The position numbers were made by a program, and so were the translations under genes. The notes beneath the pieces are model-generated. The model made no database searches, was not told where the DNA came from, and was given only the letters and a program-made list of their open reading frames with translations. Positions 47,478-57,346 of a stretch of DNA of 64,000 nt are shown piece by piece (position 1 is the first letter of the stretch; the number at the start of each line of letters is the position of its first letter). The DNA comes from an uncultured Verrucomicrobiae bacterium (GTDB lineage Bacteria; Verrucomicrobiota; Verrucomicrobiia; Chthoniobacterales; Chthoniobacteraceae): assembly GCA_963836755.1 (NCBI GenBank), contig CAWIKF010000002.1, positions 1,984,001 through 2,048,000 on the forward strand, read 5' to 3'.

Positions 47478-48839
47478 TCAATTCAAAACCGCTGCGTCGC
47501 CATAGAGCGTGAAACCGTTCGCGCGAATAACTTTGACGTCAAACACCTTGCCGATGTGGCGTTCGCTTCCGTCGAAAATCACAATTTTGTTCGTGCGCGT
47601 CCTGCCCATCAATCTGCTGGCGTTCGTTTTACTCGGGCCTTCGCATAAAATTTCCGCGCGCGTTCCAATGAGCGCCTCGTTTTTTTTCTTCGCGCTCTCG
47701 TCAATCACCGCGAGCAAATCCTGGTTGCGCGCCTCTTTTACGCTCTCGTCGAGCTGCCCCGGCAAAGCTGCAGCGGGCGTGTCGCGACGTTGCGAGTAGC
47801 GAAAAATGAATGCGTTGTCGAACTCGACACGCTCCACAAATTTGCGCGTCGCCGCGTAGTCTTCATCGGTCTCGCCGGGGAAGCCGACGATCACATCCGT
47901 CGTGATCGCGATGCCCGGTCGCGCCGCACGAATTTTTTCGACGAGCGCGAAATATTTCTCCGCCGTGTAAGTCCGGTGCATTGCTTTCAAAATGCGGTTC
48001 GAGCCCGATTGCAGCGGCAGATGCACATGCTCGACGAGCTTCGGCAGATAGGTGAATGCCGCGATCAAGTCGTCGCGATACCCGATCGGGTGCGGCGATG
48101 TGAATCGCAGCCTCGCCAGCCCTTTCACCTCATGCACCGCCTCGAGTAATTGCACGAATGGGCTTTTGCCGCCGCGCACCGGAAATTCGTGTCTGCCGTA
48201 AAGATTCACGATCTGGCCGAGCAGCGTCACCTCGCGCACGCCGCGCGCCACCAGCCCGCGCACCTCCGTCACGACCTCCTCGATGCGCCGCGAGCGCTCG
48301 GCGCCGCGTGTAAACGGAACGATGCAAAATGTGCAATGCATGTTACACCCTTGCATGATCGAAACAAACGCCGTCGCTTGTTTATCAGTCAGCAGATGGT
48401 CCCGAATCGTCTCCTGCGAATCCGCCTCATTGTCAATGTCCACAATCGAAAACCGCGGATCATCAAATCGCATGTGCCGTTTTTTCTCCAAAATCTCCGC
48501 GACGTAATCCGCCACTCGATGGAACTTTTGCGTGCCGACGACGAGATCGACGTGCGGCACGTCGCGCACCAGCTCCGCTCCCCTGCTCTGCGCCATGCAG
48601 CCGAGAAATCCGAAAACCAGCTCCGGCCTTTGTTTGCGCAGGTTCGCGAGCATTCCCATCTTCCCGAGCGCCTTTTGCTCCGCCATATCGCGCACACTGC
48701 AGGTGTTCAACAAGATGACATCAGCCTGCCGCTCATCGCGCGTCAGCTCAAAGCCGCGCGCGAGCAGCGATTGCGCGACTTGCTCGGAGTCGCGCTCGTT
48801 CATCTGGCAGCCATATGTCTTGATGAAAACCTTCGGCAT
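47478..48839 (-). CDS. miaB: tRNA-2-methylthio-N6-dimethylallyladenosine synthase MiaB
   Basis: TYGCQMNERDSE, GCNMHCTFCIVP, HLPLQSGS, TRAM domain. Confidence 0.96.
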   Translation of the reverse strand: MPKVFIKTYGCQMNERDSEQVAQSLLARGFELTRDERQADVILLNTCSVRDMAEQKALGKMGMLANLRKQRPELVFGFLGCMAQSRGAELVRDVPHVDLVVGTQKFHRVADYVAEILEKKRHMRFDDPRFSIVDIDNEADSQETIRDHLLTDKQATAFVSIMQGCNMHCTFCIVPFTRGAERSRRIEEVVTEVRGLVARGVREVTLLGQIVNLYGRHEFPVRGGKSPFVQLLEAVHEVKGLARLRFTSPHPIGYRDDLIAAFTYLPKLVEHVHLPLQSGSNRILKAMHRTYTAEKYFALVEKIRAARPGIAITTDVIVGFPGETDEDYAATRKFVERVEFDNAFIFRYSQRRDTPAAALPGQLDESVKEARNQDLLAVIDESAKKKNEALIGTRAEILCEGPSKTNASRLMGRTRTNKIVIFDGSERHIGKVFDVKVIRANGFTLYGDAAVLN

Positions 48840-48903
48840 CGCGCGCGAAGCTACTCCATTCCCGCGCCGAGTCGAAATGAAACTGCCGATCCGACCGCTC
48901 TTA

Positions 48904-49284
48904 TTAATGGAGGAAAAATCCGCCGACTTTGCCGTCCTTCATGCTCAGCGTCGCGAGCACGTCATCGCCGCCGTCCTTGAAAACCAGCCGCCACAAATAA
49001 ACCTCGTAGCCGTGCTGCCGCAATTCCCCGAGATACTGCGCGTCGTATCCCTTTTTCGCGTGCGGCGCGATCTGCTCACTCACGCCCGCGAGCATCGGCT
49101 TCGTCAGCGCCGCCTTCATCTGCGCGTCGCAATCGGCCAAAAATCCTTCGTAATCATCGGACACCGTCGCCGCGATTAGATTTTTGAAAATTGTCTGCGT
49201 TGCCTGCGCGGGTTCGCCGATGACGGAGCCGCACATCAAAAGGAAAGCTGCCGCGCCGACGATGAGTTTTACGTGAATTTTCAT
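48904..49284 (-). CDS. Hypothetical exported protein
   Basis: Signal peptide; small alpha+beta domain ending DGKVGGFFLH. Confidence 0.7.
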   Translation of the reverse strand: MKIHVKLIVGAAAFLLMCGSVIGEPAQATQTIFKNLIAATVSDDYEGFLADCDAQMKAALTKPMLAGVSEQIAPHAKKGYDAQYLGELRQHGYEVYLWRLVFKDGGDDVLATLSMKDGKVGGFFLH

Positions 49285-49393
49285 GACGAGTGGATGTAAA
49301 CTTTGACGCGAGGCTATCTCTCCCATGCGCCGAAGCAAGCCGCGCCGCTGTCACTCTTTTCTTATGCGGCGGACATGCTAGGTTTTTCGCCTC

Positions 49394-50722
49394 ATGAAAA
49401 AGCGTCTCTTCTTTTCCGCGCTGGCTCTGGCGGGAATCTTCACTTTCCTCACCGGCCGCGCCTTCGAAGCGATGGCCGATAGTTCCGACAGCGACGATTC
49501 CGCGTTCACGAATATTTCCATCTTCACGCGCGCGCTCCAGTTCATCCGGCAGGACTATGTCGACGAGAAAAAAATCAGCTACCACGCGCTGACTTACGCC
49601 GCGATGAAAGGCATGCTGAACTCGCTCGATCCGCACAGCCAGTTCATGGACGTCGATGATTTCAAAGGGATGCAGGACGACACCAAGAGCCAGTTCGGCG
49701 GCCTCGGCGTCATTGTTTCGCAAAAGGACGGCAACCTCGTCATCGTCTCGCCGATGGAGGATACGCCTGGCTTCAAGGCGGGCCTCATGCCGGACGATCA
49801 GATTTTGAAAATTAACGGCGCGCCGACGGAGAAAATGGAGCTGAACGACGCGATTGCGAAGCTGCGCGGTCAGCCCGGCGAAAAAGTGACGCTCACGATT
49901 TTGCGGCCCGCGACGAAGGAGATCAAAGATTTCACGCTCGAGCGCGAGATCATCAAAGTCGCGAGCGTGAAGGATGCGAAAATCCTGAATGGCGACCAGA
50001 CGGGCAATTTCAAGATCGGCTACGTTCGTATCACACAGTTTAACGAACCGACAGCCGCCGATCTCGGCAAAAAACTCGATGAACTCGAAGCGAAAGGCAT
50101 GCAGGCGCTCGTGCTTGACCTGCGCTACAACCCCGGCGGCCTGCTAAACAGCGCCGTCGATGTCTGCGGCCAATTCCTGCCGCCACACACGCTCGTCGTT
50201 TCTACGGAGGGCCGTCCCGATTCGCAAAAGCATCTCTACGCGACTTCGGACACCGCAAAATCGCGCCCGCCCTACCCGATCGCGGTGCTCATTAATGGCG
50301 GCAGCGCCAGCGGCGCGGAAATCGTCGCCGGTGCGCTCAAGGACTTGAACCGCGCGATCCTTGTCGGCGAAACCACCTTTGGAAAAGGTTCCGTGCAAAG
50401 CGTCATCGCGCTGCCCGACGGCTCAGCGCTCCGTTTGACAACCGCAAAATATTACACGCCGAGCCATCAGGTGATTCACGAGCACGGCGTGGCGCCAAAC
50501 ATTGCCGCCACGCTCACGCCCGAACAGGAGCGCGAGCTGCTTGTCGCCCGCCGCGACGATGTGCCAAGTGATGAAGACAAACGCGAGCTAGCGAACTTTC
50601 ACGATCCGCAACTCGAACGTGCAGTTGATGCGCTCAAAGGCGCGATGATCTACGCCGAAAGAATTGCGCCGGCTGGAAGTGTGAAAACCGTAAAAAAAGA
50701 AACTCCGGCGGGTAAAAGTTGA
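49394..50722 (+). CDS. ctpA: S41 family carboxyl-terminal processing protease
   Basis: LDPHS, PDZ, DLRYNPGGLL, SASGAEIVAGAL, GETTFGKGSVQ. Confidence 0.95.
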   Translation: MKKRLFFSALALAGIFTFLTGRAFEAMADSSDSDDSAFTNISIFTRALQFIRQDYVDEKKISYHALTYAAMKGMLNSLDPHSQFMDVDDFKGMQDDTKSQFGGLGVIVSQKDGNLVIVSPMEDTPGFKAGLMPDDQILKINGAPTEKMELNDAIAKLRGQPGEKVTLTILRPATKEIKDFTLEREIIKVASVKDAKILNGDQTGNFKIGYVRITQFNEPTAADLGKKLDELEAKGMQALVLDLRYNPGGLLNSAVDVCGQFLPPHTLVVSTEGRPDSQKHLYATSDTAKSRPPYPIAVLINGGSASGAEIVAGALKDLNRAILVGETTFGKGSVQSVIALPDGSALRLTTAKYYTPSHQVIHEHGVAPNIAATLTPEQERELLVARRDDVPSDEDKRELANFHDPQLERAVDALKGAMIYAERIAPAGSVKTVKKETPAGKS

Positions 50723-51726
50723 TCCCATTAAACGGCCGCGAGTGCGTGCTCGCGCTGGAAACTTCCTGCGACGAAACCGCGGTCGCGATTCTGCGCGGCG
50801 AAGGCGACTTGCTCGCGAGCGAAGTTGCCTCGCAAGTGGCGCTGCATCAGGCTTTCGGCGGCGTCGTGCCGGAAGTCGCATCGCGAAATCATCTCACGCA
50901 GCTCCGGCCGTTGCTCGATCTCGCACTGAAGCACGCGCAGATTTCCTTGCACGAAATCTCGGCCTTCGCCGCAACAGCCGGGCCCGGCCTTGCCACTTCG
51001 TTGATGATCGGCGCATCCGCCGCCAAAGGCCTCGCGCTCGCATCGGGCAAACCTTTCCTCGCCGTCAACCACCTCGAGGGACATTTGCTCTCGCCTTTTT
51101 TCGGCGGGCAAATTGAGCCGTGCATCGCGCTCGTCGTTAGCGGCGGACACACGCTGCTCGTTGCCGTCGAGAGCTTTGGCGCTTACAAATTGCTCGGCCA
51201 AACACGCGATGACGCGGCTGGCGAGGCGTTCGATAAAGTCGCAAAACTTTTGCAGTTGCCGTATCCAGGCGGGCCGGAAATCGATCTTCGCGCACGATCC
51301 GGTGATGCAACGCGGTTCGACTTTCCGCGCAGCATGCTGCATTCGGGCGATTTCAATTTTTCGTTCAGCGGCCTCAAAACTTCCGTCCGATACCTGCTGC
51401 CGAAGCTGTCCGGCAACTTTTTAAACGACGTTTGCGCCTCGTTTCAGGAAGCAGTCGTAGATGTGCTCGTGGCGAAAACAGTCGCCGCCGCTAAAGCGAG
51501 CGCATCGCGAACGATCGCAGTGAGCGGCGGCGTGAGCCGCAACTCTCGACTGCGGCAAAAGTTTCGCGAGGCGTGCGATCAAAATGGATTCGCCTTGCGC
51601 CTGGCCGAGCCAAAACTTTGCGTCGATAACGCAGCGATGATCGCTTTTGCCGCCGCGCAAAAATTCAAGCGCGGCGAGTTTTCGTCAGTCACCGCCGACA
51701 TCGATCCGAATCTCCGCCTCGCTTGA
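50719..51726 (+). CDS. tsaD: tRNA N6-adenosine threonylcarbamoyltransferase
   Basis: ETSCDET, GGVVPE, HLEGH, VSGGHT, DDAAGEAFDK, DNAAMIA. Confidence 0.97.
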   Translation: MIPLNGRECVLALETSCDETAVAILRGEGDLLASEVASQVALHQAFGGVVPEVASRNHLTQLRPLLDLALKHAQISLHEISAFAATAGPGLATSLMIGASAAKGLALASGKPFLAVNHLEGHLLSPFFGGQIEPCIALVVSGGHTLLVAVESFGAYKLLGQTRDDAAGEAFDKVAKLLQLPYPGGPEIDLRARSGDATRFDFPRSMLHSGDFNFSFSGLKTSVRYLLPKLSGNFLNDVCASFQEAVVDVLVAKTVAAAKASASRTIAVSGGVSRNSRLRQKFREACDQNGFALRLAEPKLCVDNAAMIAFAAAQKFKRGEFSSVTADIDPNLRLA

Positions 51727-51727
51727 A

Positions 51728-52171
51728 TCAAGCGGCTTCGGGACTGGTCGCTCCGGCGCGGCCGTGCGGGAAAACCCAAAAATGGTAGAGCAAAAATTTC
51801 ACGCCGCCGGTGATGCTGAGCACGCTCGCGATGATGAGAAATCTCGACAGCGATTTCTCCGCGCCAAGCCTTTTGATGGCGCTGAAAGCGATCAATAAAT
51901 TCAGCCCGTAGCAAACCGCGACCGAACCGAGGTAGCGCCAGATGCAATCATGCCACACGACCGACGTGCGGAAATTAATGAAGTAATTCCAGCCGAAAAA
52001 AAACACGGTCATGATGGCAAAACTGGCCGCGAGCGATGGCCCGGTGCGCCAGTGCAGAAAGTGATCGAAGAGCTGCGTGAGCACCGTGTTCATGCCGGCG
52101 CTGCCGACGCCGCCGACGACGAACCAGATCATTCGTTCGACGAGCGGCTGTTTTGCTTTTTCTGTTTTCAA
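51728..52171 (-). CDS. GtrA family flippase-like protein
   Basis: Four TM segments, FVVGG...N, KFLLYHFWVF. Confidence 0.75.
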   Translation of the reverse strand: MKTEKAKQPLVERMIWFVVGGVGSAGMNTVLTQLFDHFLHWRTGPSLAASFAIMTVFFFGWNYFINFRTSVVWHDCIWRYLGSVAVCYGLNLLIAFSAIKRLGAEKSLSRFLIIASVLSITGGVKFLLYHFWVFPHGRAGATSPEAA

Positions 52172-52234
52172 GCCGGTCTCAGTAGTGGATTTCGCGCGAC
52201 TGAGCGAGGGAGAAAATCGGCGCGCGAAAAAGCG

Positions 52235-53077
52235 TCACGGCTTGTGTCCGACGAAAATCCCGTAGCGCATCGAGCCCACGTTATAGGCAAGCCAGATGCG
52301 GAAAATCGTGATGGCGAAAAGGCGATTGCGCGCGTGCCGATTGATGAGGAATTTGGCGTAACGCGGCTGTCGGCAAAGTTCAACGAGGAAGCGGCCCGCG
52401 CAGATCGGCCACGTTTTTTTGACCTTCGTCGTCACATCCTCAAACGAATCAAAGACGAAACCGGCGTCGTCGTAGAAGCGCTTATAATCAAGCTCCGTGC
52501 CCATACTCGGCATGCGGCCCTCGCGGCAAATCGGTTCGAGCAGAAAACTATTTTCCATGCGCGAAGCATGCTCGCGCGCGAGCCACGCGCAGATCACGAG
52601 CCGGCCGCCGGAACGCAGGACGCGATGCGCTTCCGTGAAAAACGCGGACTTGTCAGTCATGTGCTCCGAACTTTCGATCGCGATCGCCACGTCAAAGTTT
52701 TCCGCCGGCAAATCGTTGCGCAGCCAATCGCCGAGCAAATACTGGACGTCTTCGCCATCGGCCGCGCCTTGCGCGAAACGATATTGCGCTGGCGAGACCG
52801 TCATCGCTGTCACTGCCGCGCCAAAGTTCCGCGCGAGCATCCGGGCGGTCGCGCCGTAGCCGCAACCAATGTCACACACACGTTTGCCACATTCGATTTC
52901 TCCGCGCGATGCGACGAGCTCAACGAGCTGCAAAGTGGCTTCCCAGCTTGATTCGCGACCGGTGCGCCAAAAACCGTGATGCACATGCTCGCCCCAGATT
53001 TCGCGGTAAAAGTGATCGAGCTCATCGTAATGCCCGGCCACCGCTTCACTGTTGAGCGCTGTCTTCGATGCGATCAA
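52235..53077 (-). CDS. SAM-dependent methyltransferase (tocopherol/sterol MT-like)
   Basis: WGEHVHHGFW, DIGCGYG, AIESSEHM. Confidence 0.88.
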   Translation of the reverse strand: MIASKTALNSEAVAGHYDELDHFYREIWGEHVHHGFWRTGRESSWEATLQLVELVASRGEIECGKRVCDIGCGYGATARMLARNFGAAVTAMTVSPAQYRFAQGAADGEDVQYLLGDWLRNDLPAENFDVAIAIESSEHMTDKSAFFTEAHRVLRSGGRLVICAWLAREHASRMENSFLLEPICREGRMPSMGTELDYKRFYDDAGFVFDSFEDVTTKVKKTWPICAGRFLVELCRQPRYAKFLINRHARNRLFAITIFRIWLAYNVGSMRYGIFVGHKP

Positions 53078-54084
53078 TCGGCGTGCGGGAAACGGAAAAC
53101 AATCTCGACGCGTCGGTTTCTCGCCTGGCGTATTTTTTCCGCATCGATCGAAGCCTGAGAATGCGAATCGTAAGCGGCGGGCGTAACAACGAGCCGCGTT
53201 TTTCCAAAGCCCTGCGTCTGGATGTGCGAGGGATCGACATCCGCGTTTTGAACGAGCCAGGTTTTGACCGCTTCGGCGCGTTGCAAGCTGATCGCATGGT
53301 TCGCGGCGTCATCGCCGAAGGAATCGCTGTGGCCCTCGATGCTGAAAAGAACGCGCGGATTTTTTTTGATCAGCTCGCCTAGTTTTCGGAGCTGCGAGAT
53401 GGACTCAAGTTTCAGCTCCGAACTATTGAATTCGAAGAGCGCGCCGCCGGGCAGCGATAGCGGCGCATCGCCATTGTGCAAGCCGCGGCCGAGCAGTTTG
53501 TTGAGCTGGTCGGAAGCTGCGGCCATGCCGGCAGCATCGGAATCGCCGCCGGTTTTTCCCGAGCCTTCGGAATATTTTAAAAGCGCCTGCGCCGAGACTT
53601 TGGGAGAATCCCGCAGCAGCGATTTGTTTAACGACGTTTTCAGATCGCTCTCCATTTCCCGGCTCGCACTTCGTTGCAGGTCGCTTACCGCACTGAGGTT
53701 CGCGGCTTCGACACGCGGCTTGTCGAGCGCGATCGGCTTGGTGAGCTCCGGCGCGATCGGAGTCACGCGCGTGTTGTCCGCGAGCTTGTCGTCCGACGGC
53801 CTTTCCTCGGGAAGATCAATGGGCTTGATCGCAGGAGTTTTCGCGGCTGCAAGCGGTTCATCTTCGTCTTTCTGCAGCAGCTTCGGATCAATATCGAGCC
53901 GCTGCACGGAGAAGGCGCGCGGGACCAAACGGTCAGTTAACATGCTGAAGTGCTCCAGTTTTTTCGTGCGAAAGAAAACGAAAAGTGCGGCGTGGAGGCA
54001 CAGCGAGAGCATGAGCGCGCGGAACAGCCATTTCCGCAGGACGGGTTCCGGCGCGGTGTTCGTCTGGAAGTTCAGGTAGGCCAT
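53074..54084 (-). CDS. OmpA/MotB C-terminal domain protein with N-terminal membrane anchor
   Basis: LFEFNSSEL, IEGHSD, SLQRAEAVK, NRRVEI; start uncertain (54084 or 54102). Confidence 0.88.
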   Translation of the reverse strand: MAYLNFQTNTAPEPVLRKWLFRALMLSLCLHAALFVFFRTKKLEHFSMLTDRLVPRAFSVQRLDIDPKLLQKDEDEPLAAAKTPAIKPIDLPEERPSDDKLADNTRVTPIAPELTKPIALDKPRVEAANLSAVSDLQRSASREMESDLKTSLNKSLLRDSPKVSAQALLKYSEGSGKTGGDSDAAGMAAASDQLNKLLGRGLHNGDAPLSLPGGALFEFNSSELKLESISQLRKLGELIKKNPRVLFSIEGHSDSFGDDAANHAISLQRAEAVKTWLVQNADVDPSHIQTQGFGKTRLVVTPAAYDSHSQASIDAEKIRQARNRRVEIVFRFPHAD

Positions 54085-54178
54085 CGGTTGCACACGATAC
54101 ATGACGCGCGGAAGGACTCAACCGCACGCAAATACTGGCTCGCAATCAAAATGGCGTTAGGTTTTATCCGCACCGCCA

Positions 54179-54697
54179 ATGATGCAAAAACTGCGCGCAT
54201 GGATCTCGAGGCATTATCACGCCTTGATGCAAATCCGCGATACGCCGCACGCGATCGCGGGCGGTCTTGCGGCAGGCATCTTCATCGGTTTTCTGCCGCT
54301 CGTTCTTCCCTTCGTGCCGGTGAAAACATTGCTCGCGATCCTGCTGGCGTGGCTGTTCCGCTGCAGCAAACTTTCCGCGGCGGTCGGCGTGACCTGCCAC
54401 GATGTGGTGCTGCCGATCTGGCCGCTGGTTTTGCGCTGGCAGTATCAAATCGGCTACTGGCTTCTTTCGCGGCCGCATCAATTTCCGCCGAAGATTCCAA
54501 AGCTGAAACATTTCAGCATGGAGCACTGGCTGCACTGGCGGACCTTGAAAGAACTCAGAGTTCTTTGGCCGCCAACGTTTCTCGGCGCGCTCGTTCTGGC
54601 GATTCCGCTCGCGCTGATTTTTTACTTCGTCGCGCTGCAAATCATCACGCGATACCAGGCGCGCAGGAAACAGCACGAGCCGCAGACTTACAGTTAG
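54179..54697 (+). CDS. DUF2062 domain membrane protein
   Basis: DTPHAIAGGLAAGIFIGFLP signature. Confidence 0.85.
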   Translation: MMQKLRAWISRHYHALMQIRDTPHAIAGGLAAGIFIGFLPLVLPFVPVKTLLAILLAWLFRCSKLSAAVGVTCHDVVLPIWPLVLRWQYQIGYWLLSRPHQFPPKIPKLKHFSMEHWLHWRTLKELRVLWPPTFLGALVLAIPLALIFYFVALQIITRYQARRKQHEPQTYS

Positions 54698-57262
54698 TCA
54701 CTCTTTGTTTTCGCGCGGTCGGTAGTCGTAGCAAATGCGGTAATAAAAATGGCGAACCGGTTGGCCATTCTGCGTGATCGTGCCTTCCTTCGTTTCCGTG
54801 ACCTTCGCGAAATGGCGGCGCACCGAGTCGCTCGTCAGCTGCGAACGCTCCAGCCCGACCAACACCGCATTTTTTCCTGCGACCGATTGCGGTGAGCACC
54901 AACGCTCGAACATCAAACTGCGCTGGCCGAAAAGGTGCGATCCGGCAGCCTCAGCCACGGCATCTTTTTGATCGGGATCATAGTAAGTGAGCTCGCTGAC
55001 AATCTGGTAGCGATCCATGCCGACGATCACCGGCTTCGCCTTTGAATCGCGCTCGAGCTTCTCTTCCAGACCTTCCACCTGCGCCGCGAGATTCGACCAG
55101 CCGACGGGAAAAAGTTCGATGTGGGTCGGATATGGCAGGCCCGGCCAACCGAGCACGAGATGATACAGCGCCGCGCCGTAAAGCAGGATGAGCGCAGCGA
55201 AACATGGCGGCCACCACCGCTGCATTCGTCCGCGATGCATCGTCGCGGCGATGACGGGAAGCACGATCAACCAAAGCGGAGTCGTCCAATTGAACTCAAC
55301 GCGGTGTTTAACGCTGTAGTATGCGAAAACCGCGAGCGGAACGAACGCAAAAGTTTTGACGAAAGTTCCGAGCCGTCCCTCAGCTCCTGTTTTTACTCCG
55401 CGCAAAAACAAGATGCGAAATGCCGCTGTGAAACCGAGCGGCGTCAGCAAAATGAAGATCGACGCGAGAAGTTCGTGCACCGAAAAGCGGCGCGCGGCTG
55501 CCCAGCGGCGTGGACCTTGAAATACGAACGATGCCCATTCGTTCTGTGAGTTCCAGATAATCACCGGTGAAAAAAGGACGATGGAAAGAACTGCCGCGAG
55601 ATACGGCGCAGGATGCAGAAACCAGCGCCGCGAATTTTTGTCGAAAATCATGAACGCGATCGCGGCGATGCCGACGAGCGCGATCGTGTATTTCGAATCC
55701 ATGCCAAGTCCAATGCACGCGCCCGCGCCGAACCACGCCGCTGTCGACCCCGCAAAAAAGACGCGCTCGAAAAAATAAAGCGCGCCGGCCCAGCAGGCGA
55801 CGAGCGGCGCGTCCGGCGTCATCACGGTGCCGACACCGAAAAACGCCGGCAGAATCGCCATCAACATCACCGCCCGAAGTGCGGTTGTTTTGTCGAAAAC
55901 ATTTCGAGCGAGCCGAAAGACGAAAATCGCCGCGATCCCCCAGCACAAAATCGCGCCGAGCCGCACGCCCGCAGCATCATGCCCGAGCAGCGCCGTCCCC
56001 GCCGCGATCAACCACGCGACCATCGGCGGATGATCGAGATAGCCGAGCGCCGGGTGCTGCGCATAGTTCCAATAGTATGCTTCCTCCGGCAACAGCTGCA
56101 CCGTCGCCAGATACGTCAGGCGCAGCGCGAGAAAAAAAGCGGTGATGCCGAGTGCCACCACGCGCCAGCGCACGCCGCGGCCGTATTGGCTGCGATCCGG
56201 CCAGACGAAAAGTGCGTAGCCTAAAAAGTTCACGCCCGTTGTGATCAAAATCGCTGGCAAAATCGCAAGCCATCCCGGCCACCGAAAAAGCTGCACGCCA
56301 AGTGCGAGCACACCGCTGCGTAGAAAAAATCCCATTGCCGCCATCATCGCGGATCGCGAGAAAAACTTTACGTCGACGTGACTGCGGTCGGGAAGCTGAC
56401 GAGTTTTTAGAAATAAATTCAGAATTGCTGCGCAGGCGAAACTCGAGATCTGCGCCGCGCTTAAACCAAGGCCCAGAGCAGTTCCCGAGATGAATGCACC
56501 AAAATCGACAAGCATCACCGCGAGAGTTTTTGTCAGCGCCGCGCCCGCTCGATCGGTCGATTCCCGCCAACCGGAAAGCGCCAGTAAACGTCGGAAATAA
56601 GTGAGAACAATGGATGGTCCCATTTTCGACGAGCCGCGCGCGCGGTCGCGAAAGGCGATTGGGATTTCTGTGACCCGCAATTTGTCGCCGCCGCGCACAA
56701 GCACCTCGAGGGCAATTTTGAACCCAGTCGCATCTGTCGGGATTTGCCTCAAAAGCTCGCGCCGCACTGCGAAAAAGCCGGACAACGAATCATGAACATC
56801 CGTTAACGGCGCGGCGCAAGCCGAGGCCATTCGCGACATCCAGCGGCGCGTGCGAGGCCAACCAGGCGTCGTCCCGCCGCGCATGTAACGACTGCCGATG
56901 ACCATGTCGCAACGGCCGGCGAGCACCGGCCGCACAAGGTCCGGCACGCGGTCGGGCGGATGACTCAGGTCGGCGTCCATGACGACCACAACCTCATGTC
57001 GCGCCGCCGCCGCGCCCGCCAGAACCGCGCCCGCAAGGCCGCCCGCAGGGTTACTTCTTTCAATCAAAGTCACCGGAGCAAGATCGGAAAGAACGCGAAC
57101 CTTTTCGATCGTGCCGTCCGTGGAAGCATCATCGACCACGAGAATTTCGAGATCAAAGTCCGCCGCGCTTTCACGCACGCGCGCGATCACGGCCTCGATA
57201 TTTTCGACCTCGTTGAGCGTGGGAATAATGACCGAAATACTTTCGCGGGGCGCGTTGAACAT
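54698..57262 (-). CDS. Fused polyprenol-phosphate glycosyltransferase (GT2) + GtrA-like + GT39/ArnT-like protein
   Basis: IIPTLNE, VDDAS.DGT, MDADLSH, GSRY; four-TM GtrA-like middle; EEAYYW, GYLDHPPM, TPDAPL, SKYT. Confidence 0.88.
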   Translation of the reverse strand: MFNAPRESISVIIPTLNEVENIEAVIARVRESAADFDLEILVVDDASTDGTIEKVRVLSDLAPVTLIERSNPAGGLAGAVLAGAAAARHEVVVVMDADLSHPPDRVPDLVRPVLAGRCDMVIGSRYMRGGTTPGWPRTRRWMSRMASACAAPLTDVHDSLSGFFAVRRELLRQIPTDATGFKIALEVLVRGGDKLRVTEIPIAFRDRARGSSKMGPSIVLTYFRRLLALSGWRESTDRAGAALTKTLAVMLVDFGAFISGTALGLGLSAAQISSFACAAILNLFLKTRQLPDRSHVDVKFFSRSAMMAAMGFFLRSGVLALGVQLFRWPGWLAILPAILITTGVNFLGYALFVWPDRSQYGRGVRWRVVALGITAFFLALRLTYLATVQLLPEEAYYWNYAQHPALGYLDHPPMVAWLIAAGTALLGHDAAGVRLGAILCWGIAAIFVFRLARNVFDKTTALRAVMLMAILPAFFGVGTVMTPDAPLVACWAGALYFFERVFFAGSTAAWFGAGACIGLGMDSKYTIALVGIAAIAFMIFDKNSRRWFLHPAPYLAAVLSIVLFSPVIIWNSQNEWASFVFQGPRRWAAARRFSVHELLASIFILLTPLGFTAAFRILFLRGVKTGAEGRLGTFVKTFAFVPLAVFAYYSVKHRVEFNWTTPLWLIVLPVIAATMHRGRMQRWWPPCFAALILLYGAALYHLVLGWPGLPYPTHIELFPVGWSNLAAQVEGLEEKLERDSKAKPVIVGMDRYQIVSELTYYDPDQKDAVAEAAGSHLFGQRSLMFERWCSPQSVAGKNAVLVGLERSQLTSDSVRRHFAKVTETKEGTITQNGQPVRHFYYRICYDYRPRENKE

Positions 57263-57346
57263 CTGCGGCGATGCTTCGTGCGGACTTCATTCTAGGCAAG
57301 TGGAAATATGGAGACTCGCCACGGCCGTGCGAGATACGAATGAAAG

